Shown here: piece by piece, positions 52,599 to 59,552 of the stretch
Numbering within the stretch: position 1 is the first letter of the stretch
Layout of the letters: each line of letters opens with the position of its first letter
NCBI GenBank assembly: GCA_052145735.1
Contig: JBKQOA010000010.1
Location: forward strand, 38,169 to 102,168
DNA: 64,000 nucleotides
From: Limisphaerales bacterium
Lineage (GTDB): Bacteria > Verrucomicrobiota > Verrucomicrobiia > Limisphaerales > UBA11358
Direction: 5' to 3'
Made by a program: the position numbers and the translations under genes
The notes under the pieces: generated by a model
Seen by the model: the letters and a program-made list of their open reading frames with translations, nothing else
Database searches by the model: none
Told to the model about the DNA's origin: nothing

Positions 52599-52867
52599 AT
52601 ATTTGTTTTTGTATTAAAACCGCTCTTAAAACCACCTGCCCCGATTGCAATCTGCAACGGGCCTCCGCCGTCTGACAAAGCACGATTTGTTCCAGTCTGG
52701 CCCCTGAAATTCCGGCGCCGGAAAGCCCATAACCAGCAATGACTGGAATGGTTACGGGTGCTCGAACTTCACGCAACCACCGCGCAAAACCGGAACAAAA
52801 ACGCCGGCTACAACCCTAAGTTGTTCATTACCAAACAATTACTCCGATGTGATTACCAAAAAAATTT

Positions 52868-52896
52868 GTTGTCAAATTTTTGGAATTCTCCTATTT
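52868..52896 (+). promoter_or_regulatory. candidate promoter for the porin gene
   Basis: TTGTCA (52868-52873), 17-nt spacer, TATTTT (52891-52896), in an AT-rich divergent spacer. A GGAGG lies 7 nt before the ATG at 53004. Confidence 0.3.
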
Positions 52897-53003
52897 TCAT
52901 TGCAATTGCACCATTTGGTGCCGGGGCAAACCGTTTTTCGCCCTGAGTGTGCACAGGCACAAATGAGAGAAAACAATCAAACAAACAACATCGGAGGAAC
53001 CAG

Positions 53004-54269
53004 ATGAAGTTTAATAAATGGACATTGGGTCTGGCAGCGCTCGGGGTGGTCAGCCTCTCCTCGGCCGCACGCGCAGACGAAGCGAAACTGAGCCCGGTGC
53101 AAACCGCGCTCTCCAATACCACCCTCAGTGGTTATGTGGATACCTCAATCCAGTGGAATCCGTCAGGCGGCGCCAGTGTTGCCCCGGTCGCTTTCCAAAA
53201 CTCCCCCCAAGGCATTGTCGGAAGCAGTACAGCCACCTCTTCCAAGGCCAATGGGTTCAACCTCAATGTCATTGACCTGGCTCTTGACAAGCCGCAGGAT
53301 GAAGGTCCTTGGGCTGCCGGTTATCACGTCGAACTTTGGTTCGGTCAGGATGCCACCACGCTGGGAACCAGCGGACAGAACAGCCTTTTGAACAACAATG
53401 GCGGGGGCGCCCTTGGCAACGATGTTGCCATTCGTCAGGCCTACATCAGCCTGCGGACACCGGTAGGCAACGGTATTGATTGGAAACTCGGCGTATTCGA
53501 TACCATCATCGGTTACGAATCCACCAGTTCGCCATTGAATCCCAATTACACCCGTTCCTATGGCTACTCCATGGAGCCATCGTCCCATACTGGGTTGCTG
53601 GCGACCTACAAGTTCTGTGATGCGTTCTCGGTTACTGCCGGCATCGCCGACAGCAAGGGGCCGGTTATGAATGACCATTCACCCCAAACAGTCGGTGGAG
53701 CGTCTGATTCCTTCAAGACGTACATGGGTTCAGTCACCTTGACGGCGCCGCAAAGCTGGGGTTGGGCCAATGGCGCGACGCTCTCTGGCGGGGTGATAAA
53801 CGGTGATTTCAGCAATACAACTGGTGGCTCCAGCGACGCCTCGACCAGTTGGTATGTAGGCGGCACGCTGCCAACGCCTAATTCAAACTTGAAGTTGGGT
53901 GCATCGTTTGACTATCTGACTGACTATCAGCATCCGGGCTTCGGCGGTACAGGCAACCCCTGGGCGCTGGCGGGCTATGTCAACTTCCAGGCAACCCCGA
54001 AACTGTCCCTCAATGGACGCGCCGAGTGGGCCAAGAACTACTTGAGCACCGTTGCGGGCTTTACCTCGCTGCCGAGCGAACAGAACGCCGTTGCCCTCAC
54101 CGGCACCGTCCAGTACAACCTGTGGGCCAACGTGCTGACCCGAGTTGAATTCCGGTGGGATCATGCCAGCCACGATATTTATGGTGGCAACCTCAATGGC
54201 TCCACCGCCTCGCAAAGCTACGTGGAGAACGCCATCATGGTTGCGTTGCAGGCCGTCTATCAGTTCTAA
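53004..54269 (+). CDS. outer-membrane beta-barrel porin (OmpL-like pattern)
   Basis: ATG at 53004. Signal peptide MKFNKWTLGLAALGVVSLSSAARA, LSGYVDTSIQWNP start, alternating beta-strand pattern, and a C-terminal ...AVYQF aromatic end. Confidence 0.65.
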   Translation: MKFNKWTLGLAALGVVSLSSAARADEAKLSPVQTALSNTTLSGYVDTSIQWNPSGGASVAPVAFQNSPQGIVGSSTATSSKANGFNLNVIDLALDKPQDEGPWAAGYHVELWFGQDATTLGTSGQNSLLNNNGGGALGNDVAIRQAYISLRTPVGNGIDWKLGVFDTIIGYESTSSPLNPNYTRSYGYSMEPSSHTGLLATYKFCDAFSVTAGIADSKGPVMNDHSPQTVGGASDSFKTYMGSVTLTAPQSWGWANGATLSGGVINGDFSNTTGGSSDASTSWYVGGTLPTPNSNLKLGASFDYLTDYQHPGFGGTGNPWALAGYVNFQATPKLSLNGRAEWAKNYLSTVAGFTSLPSEQNAVALTGTVQYNLWANVLTRVEFRWDHASHDIYGGNLNGSTASQSYVENAIMVALQAVYQF

Positions 54270-54287
54270 TCCGGGTTGGATAATCAT

Positions 54288-54322
54288 GCCCCTTCCGGAA
54301 AATCCGGAAGGGGCTTTTTGTT
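54288..54322 (+). terminator. rho-independent terminator after the porin gene
   Basis: 11-bp perfect stem gccccttccgg / ccggaaggggc with loop aaaat, followed by tttttgtt. Confidence 0.8.
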
Positions 54323-54364
54323 GCTCAAATTTCCGCAGGAGCCGGGGCGACGTGGCTGACTGGA

Positions 54365-54447
54365 AAGGCAGAAGGCAGAATGAGGAATGAAGACAATTCG
54401 GCTTCGAACGGCCGGCATCTGAACTCTCCCTTCTTCATTCTGTCTTT
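54365..54447. repeat. heptamer-repeat hairpin element upstream of metF
   Basis: aaggcag/aaggcag/aatgagg/aatgaag at 54365-54392. The approximate inverted arm ctcccttcttcattctgtctttg is at 54425-54447. Confidence 0.65.
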
Positions 54448-54531
54448 GAAGCGAGCCTCGCTGAGTTGGCTCCGGTAACTCATTTCAAAACTTGGCTTCC
54501 GGCGTGCTTCCGCCGATAATTCGCCGCTCAA

Positions 54532-55419
54532 ATGCAATTGATTCGGGACATTTACACGGCAAAGGCGGCGACCGGGGAGCCGGTCATTTCCTTTGAATTT
54601 TTCCCCCCGAAAACCGACGAGGGGGACCGCAACCTTTTGGAGCGGCAGATCCCCGCCTTGTGCCAGGCCCGGCCCGACTTTTGCTCCGTCACCTATGGCG
54701 CCGGCGGCAGCACGCGCGACAAAACGCTGATGATTGTGGACCGCATCCAGCGGCAACACGGGTTGACCGCGCTGGCGCATCTCACCTGTGTCGGCCATAC
54801 CCGCGAGCAGGTCGGGGAGCTCCTGGAGAAAATCCGCGGGCTGGGTTGCCAGAACATCCTGGCGTTGCGCGGGGACCCGCCCGGCGGCGGCGAATTTCAA
54901 CCCGCCCCCGGCGGTTTCGAATTCACCGCGCAGCTCGTCCGGTTCATCCGGGAAGCGGGTGATTTCTCCATTGGCGTGGCCGGGTTTCCCGAAGGCCACC
55001 TTGCCTGCCGGGACGGCAAACACGCCGACTGGCGGCATTTGCAGGAAAAGGTGGACGCCGGCGCGGATTTTGTCCTCACCCAGTTGTTTTTCGACAACGC
55101 GGATTTTTTTGAATTTCGCGATCACCTTGCCGGCCGACTGGGGGTCCGCGTTCCGCTTGTCCCCGGGATCATCCCGATTTTGAGCGCCGGGCAAATCACA
55201 AGATTCACGCAGCTCTGCGGCGCGAAAATCCCGCCCGCCCTTCGCGCAAGGCTGGATCAATTGGCCGATGATGACGAAGCCGCCGGCGAATTTGGCATCG
55301 AGTACGCCACGCGGCAGTGCCAGGAATTACTGCAGGCAGGCGCGCCGGGACTGCACTTTTATACGCTGAACCGGTCGCGTTCGGTCGTGCAGGTGCTAAA
55401 AAACATCGGCCTGGCTTGA
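54532..55419 (+). CDS. metF: methylenetetrahydrofolate reductase
   Basis: 295 aa. SFEFFPPKT, SVTYGAGGSTR and ALRGDPP motifs. Confidence 0.92.
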   Translation: MQLIRDIYTAKAATGEPVISFEFFPPKTDEGDRNLLERQIPALCQARPDFCSVTYGAGGSTRDKTLMIVDRIQRQHGLTALAHLTCVGHTREQVGELLEKIRGLGCQNILALRGDPPGGGEFQPAPGGFEFTAQLVRFIREAGDFSIGVAGFPEGHLACRDGKHADWRHLQEKVDAGADFVLTQLFFDNADFFEFRDHLAGRLGVRVPLVPGIIPILSAGQITRFTQLCGAKIPPALRARLDQLADDDEAAGEFGIEYATRQCQELLQAGAPGLHFYTLNRSRSVVQVLKNIGLA

Positions 55420-55443
55420 ATGACGCCGCCCGGCGGCTGTGCG

Positions 55444-56397
55444 CTACAGTCCCAAGTTGTTCGCCATGATGCCGATGACGGTCAATGGTCCCTGATCTTC
55501 CAGGCTGTCGGCGGCCTTGTCCACCTTCTGCAGCGTGAGCTTGGCGTTCTTGTAAAAGTCCTGTTCGTTGACGAGCTTGCCGATCGTGCCCTGGCCCTGG
55601 TTGATCTTCAGCAAAATCTGATCGAGGTTGGTCATCGAGGCCGTGGTCGCGTTGTAGAGGGTTGCATCGGTCACCAGCTTGCCGATCGTGCCCTGGCCGT
55701 TGGTGATCCCGCTGACCACCCCCCGCACTTCGACGACGGTGTCCTGCAGGTTGGTGACGGTGACCAGCGCGGAGTTGTAGAGTGTATCCGAGTAGATCAA
55801 TTTGCCGACCGTGCCCTGGCCGCTCGCGATCTGGCCGGAAATGTTCTCGATGTTGGAGATGGCTCCGCCGAGGTGGCCGCTGTTTTGTTTGACGAAATCC
55901 ACCAGCGGCCCCATCAAATTATTGATGGTATCGGGCGTGAAGCTCTTGGTGAGGTTTTGGATGCCGGTGGTGGCGCCATCCAGTTTGGTCATGATGGCAT
56001 TGAGGTCCGGTTGTTCCTCCGTCGTGAGCACCATGCCGTCGGTCGCGCGGGGCGCATCGGTCGAGCCAAAATCAACAGCCACAAAATTCTGGCCCATCAG
56101 GCCGGTGAATTTGACGACCGCCTTGCTGTCCGTCTTCACCACGGCGTCGGAATGAAGTTTCATCGTGACCTTGACCTTGTTGCCGGTGAGCGCGATTTTT
56201 TCGACACGGCCAACCTCCACGCCGGCCATTTTAACACTGTTGCCGACCTTCAAATCCTGCACCGTGTCGAACAGGGCGTTGAGACGGTAGCCGCCGTGGA
56301 AGGATTCCATGCCGCCGAGCGTTTCCATGATGAAGAAGGCGGCGAAGATGACGAGAACGACAAATACGCCCAGGCGGGTTTCAAGTGAGTTTTTCAT
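55444..56397 (-). CDS. mlaD: MCE-domain protein (MlaD-like) with repeat-containing C-terminal extension
   Basis: N-terminal TM plus MCE domain (YRLNALFDTVQDLKVGNSVKMAGVEVGRVEKI). Three C-terminal GQGT(I/V)GKL(I/V) modules. Confidence 0.85.
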   Translation of the reverse strand: MKNSLETRLGVFVVLVIFAAFFIMETLGGMESFHGGYRLNALFDTVQDLKVGNSVKMAGVEVGRVEKIALTGNKVKVTMKLHSDAVVKTDSKAVVKFTGLMGQNFVAVDFGSTDAPRATDGMVLTTEEQPDLNAIMTKLDGATTGIQNLTKSFTPDTINNLMGPLVDFVKQNSGHLGGAISNIENISGQIASGQGTVGKLIYSDTLYNSALVTVTNLQDTVVEVRGVVSGITNGQGTIGKLVTDATLYNATTASMTNLDQILLKINQGQGTIGKLVNEQDFYKNAKLTLQKVDKAADSLEDQGPLTVIGIMANNLGL

Positions 56398-56409
56398 AAA
56401 ATTTCGAGC

Positions 56410-57168
56410 TCAAGGTTCGCGTTTAAAGTCGGCGTGCAAAAATGTTTGGACGAGCGGGTCCTGGTAACTTTTCACTTCATCGGGGGTGCCGATGATGAGG
56501 ATGCGGCCTTCGTTGATGACGGCAATGCGGTCGGCCACGCCAAACGCGAGGTCCCGGTCATGCGACACCACGAGCGACGTGACGTGAATGCGCCGCTGGA
56601 GATGGAGAATCTCCTCGCCAATCATCACGGATGAAAGCGGATCCAGCTCGCTGGTCGGCTCGTCGTAAAGAATCAGTTGCGGCTCGATGATCAGCGCCCG
56701 GGCAATGGCGGCGCGCTTTTTCATGCCGCCGGAAAGCTCGCTGGGCATTTTGTCCTCGGTGCCTTTGAGCCCGACGTCTTCGAGTATTTCACCAACGATG
56801 CGGGCGATTTCCAGCGGCGGTTTGAGCCGGTGCTCGCTCAGGTACAGCCCGACATTCTCCCCGACGGTCAGCGAATTCAGCAGGGCGCCGGACTGGAAGA
56901 CCATCGCGAGCCGGTATTTGGTGGCGATTTCCGGCGATTGGATGGATTCGCCGTTGATAAGGATCTCGCCGGCGTCGGGCGGTTCGAGCCCGATGAGATG
57001 TTTGAGCAGCACGCTTTTGCCGCTGCCGCTGGGCCCCATGATGACAAAGATTTCGCCCGGCCGGACCTCGAAATCAATGCCCTTGAGCACTTCCTGCCCG
57101 CCAAAACTCTTGCGCAGGCCATGCACTTGCAGGCTGACTCCGGAATGGTTGCTGGTCGAAGTGTTCAT
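56410..57168 (-). CDS. mlaF: ABC transporter ATP-binding protein (MlaF-like)
   Basis: Walker A GPSGSGKS, signature LSGGMKKR and Walker B LILYDEP. Confidence 0.9.
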   Translation of the reverse strand: MNTSTSNHSGVSLQVHGLRKSFGGQEVLKGIDFEVRPGEIFVIMGPSGSGKSVLLKHLIGLEPPDAGEILINGESIQSPEIATKYRLAMVFQSGALLNSLTVGENVGLYLSEHRLKPPLEIARIVGEILEDVGLKGTEDKMPSELSGGMKKRAAIARALIIEPQLILYDEPTSELDPLSSVMIGEEILHLQRRIHVTSLVVSHDRDLAFGVADRIAVINEGRILIIGTPDEVKSYQDPLVQTFLHADFKREP

Positions 57169-57905
57169 TATTTCAACAGGACCCGCGTCAGCACGTAGTC
57201 AAAAATCACAATCAGGACAATGGAATTGACGACCGCCTTGGTGACCGAGCGGCCGATGCCCCGCGGCCCGCCGATGGTCGCCAGGCCTTGATGGCACGAA
57301 ACCGCCCCGATGATCAGCGCGAAACAAAAGCTCTTGAATACGCCGTTGGCCACGTCCTTCAATTCCACCACGTCGCGCAAATTGGCCCAAAAGGACTGAA
57401 ACGGAATCGCAATGTGGCTGTTGGTCTGGGCCACCACCGCGCCGCCCAGCCAGCCGACCAGGATGGCAAAAACCACCAGCATCGGCAGCGCCACCGCAAT
57501 GGCCAGGAGGCGCGGCAGCACCAGATAATGCACCGGGTTGATGTTCATGGTGCGCAGCGCGTCAACCTCTTGATAAACGCGCATGGAACCAATTTCCGCC
57601 GCCATGGCCGAGCCAATGCGGCCGGCAATGAGGATGGCCATCATCACCGGCGCCAGTTCCTTGGCCATCGCGATGCCAACGATGCCGCCGACGGCGCTGG
57701 CCAGGCCGCGTTCGACCAGCACCGGGCCGGTTTGCAGCGCGATGACCGCGCCGATGAAAAACGACAGCATGCAGACCATCAACAGGCTGGCGTTGCCGAT
57801 TTCAAAGAATTGGTCGAAGACCTTCTGGCGCTGCCGCCAGGCCAGCGGCAGGGACAGCAGCGTGCGCCAGAACAGCAGGACGATTTCTCCGATGTTTTCA
57901 AACAT
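57168..57905 (-). CDS. mlaE: ABC transporter permease (MlaE-like)
   Basis: 245 aa, polytopic. Contains ELAPVMMAILIAGRIGSAMAAEIGSMRVYQEVDAL. Its stop overlaps the mlaF ATG by 1 nt. Confidence 0.9.
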   Translation of the reverse strand: MFENIGEIVLLFWRTLLSLPLAWRQRQKVFDQFFEIGNASLLMVCMLSFFIGAVIALQTGPVLVERGLASAVGGIVGIAMAKELAPVMMAILIAGRIGSAMAAEIGSMRVYQEVDALRTMNINPVHYLVLPRLLAIAVALPMLVVFAILVGWLGGAVVAQTNSHIAIPFQSFWANLRDVVELKDVANGVFKSFCFALIIGAVSCHQGLATIGGPRGIGRSVTKAVVNSIVLIVIFDYVLTRVLLK

Positions 57906-57908
57906 AAC

Positions 57909-59381
57909 TCATTTCACCGGATGGTCCGCCGCCGCCTGCCAGTTGAGCAACGGCACGTAAAACAGTCGCATTTTTCTCATTTCCGCATCCGATTGATACT
58001 GGAAAAGCCCGAACAGGAGCGAGCATTTTCTGGATGCGGGGCTCGTGTCGCGCCGATACAGGTTCCAGAGCAACGACTGGCTCGCCGCGCCAGCCTTCGG
58101 GTTGTTCTCCGAACGCCACAATGACCACAACGGCGACCAGTTGCGTTCGACCCCCCGGTTGTTGGGCAGCGCCGATTCAACCAGCGCGAGGACCTGCAGC
58201 CGGCGGGTGCCGTTGAATTCGCGGTGCCAGGTGAACAACGGCCAGCAATCAACCCGCTTGCGCTCCGCCCCGGTTTCGACGTTCTTTTCCGTCACGTCCT
58301 GAAACAGGTAGAACAGGATGCGGGTGCGCTCCCGGTCCAGCACAGGGGTGTGCAGGCGGTTGTATTTGTAAAGCGGCCAGAGATAATAATCGTTTTCCAT
58401 GGTATCGTTGTGTGAACGGCTGAACAACGGCCAGAACCGGGTGGTGGTTTTGCCTTCGCCCCGGGCGACAACAACAATCGGCCAGGGGCCTTCCCATTCG
58501 TGATATTTCCTTTCTCGGTCGTCAATCCAGGTGAACAAAGGCCAGATCACGGTCGTGACATCGCGTTCCGGCGAACGTGTCAGGCTGTAAAGCGGAATCA
58601 CCGCGCGGAATTTTTCCGGATTGGCGGTGCCCAGCCCGTTGTTCTGGCGGAAATAAACCGGCCAGAGGGCGAAGAACCGGTCATGGCCGCCAATGATCTC
58701 GGTGTCGCCGAAACCGTTGGTGCTCATCGTCACGTCCTTGTGTTCGTTGCCCGCCAGCGGCCAGAATTGCCAGCCCTGCAGCCCATCCCCGTGACGCAAA
58801 TGGAAGAACGGGAACAGATAGTTATCGGTGACCACGTCGCGTTTGCGGGTTTCGCTGTAAAGCGGGAACAGGACGACAAAAATGTCGTCACGGAAGAGCC
58901 GGTCCTTGATGTGCCCGTAAAATGGAACCAACGCAGTGTAATTCCGGTTCAGGTCGGGCGAGCGTTGCTGAAAATAGAGCGGGAAAATGGTGAAGCGCCT
59001 GGCCAGGGCATCATCCGGGTTCTGACCGCCGGAAAAACTGATCAACTCGCCCAACTGCCAGCGGTATTCCATGCCAAATCGCTCGTACGTCAGCACTGGA
59101 TAAAGCAGATCGAATTCCTTTGATTCCGTGGCCGGGTCGGTGTCGTACGAAAGCAGCGGCGGGATGGCCCAGGTCCATTCCGAATCTTTCTGCTGGTCAT
59201 AAAACAACGGGCCGACGGCTTCGTTGCGATGGCCGGCATCCAGTGTCAGCGCAAACTCATCGAAGACCGGCCCGGCGTGAAAGCCTTCTTCAGCCAGGAC
59301 AGCGCCCGGCAAACCGATCACCAGGCTCAAGCCGAAAATCCGCAGGTCATGAATGAATGCCTTGAGCCGGGCAAAAATCAT
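57909..59381 (-). CDS. secreted repeat protein (~20 degenerate WPLF-type repeats), function unknown
   Basis: ATG at 59381 gives the signal peptide MIFARLKAFIHDLRIFGLSLVIGLPGAVLA. Recurring FPLY, WPLF, IPLY, WPVY and WPLY motifs occur every ~20-35 aa. Ends 3 nt before mlaE. The track ORF start (59426) is a TTG. Confidence 0.55.
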   Translation of the reverse strand: MIFARLKAFIHDLRIFGLSLVIGLPGAVLAEEGFHAGPVFDEFALTLDAGHRNEAVGPLFYDQQKDSEWTWAIPPLLSYDTDPATESKEFDLLYPVLTYERFGMEYRWQLGELISFSGGQNPDDALARRFTIFPLYFQQRSPDLNRNYTALVPFYGHIKDRLFRDDIFVVLFPLYSETRKRDVVTDNYLFPFFHLRHGDGLQGWQFWPLAGNEHKDVTMSTNGFGDTEIIGGHDRFFALWPVYFRQNNGLGTANPEKFRAVIPLYSLTRSPERDVTTVIWPLFTWIDDRERKYHEWEGPWPIVVVARGEGKTTTRFWPLFSRSHNDTMENDYYLWPLYKYNRLHTPVLDRERTRILFYLFQDVTEKNVETGAERKRVDCWPLFTWHREFNGTRRLQVLALVESALPNNRGVERNWSPLWSLWRSENNPKAGAASQSLLWNLYRRDTSPASRKCSLLFGLFQYQSDAEMRKMRLFYVPLLNWQAAADHPVK

Positions 59382-59552
59382 GATGCCTTTAAACTGAAAG
59401 ACCGGATTGTGACAGGATTTGGACAAAGGAGTTATGCCTCGCGTTATCGTTATTGGAAATGGGATTCTTCCGTTTTTGAGTTGTTAACAGTCAGGTTTAA
59501 CATTGATATTGACTTCCTCTGAAATTTCTTTATGTTTTACGCGATTGAGGTT

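Noticed and set aside
54323-54531. Possible SAM or other riboswitch in the 209-nt leader of metF.
   Set aside because: The region is explained by the porin terminator and a heptamer-repeat hairpin. I could not find the conserved SAM-I core strings.
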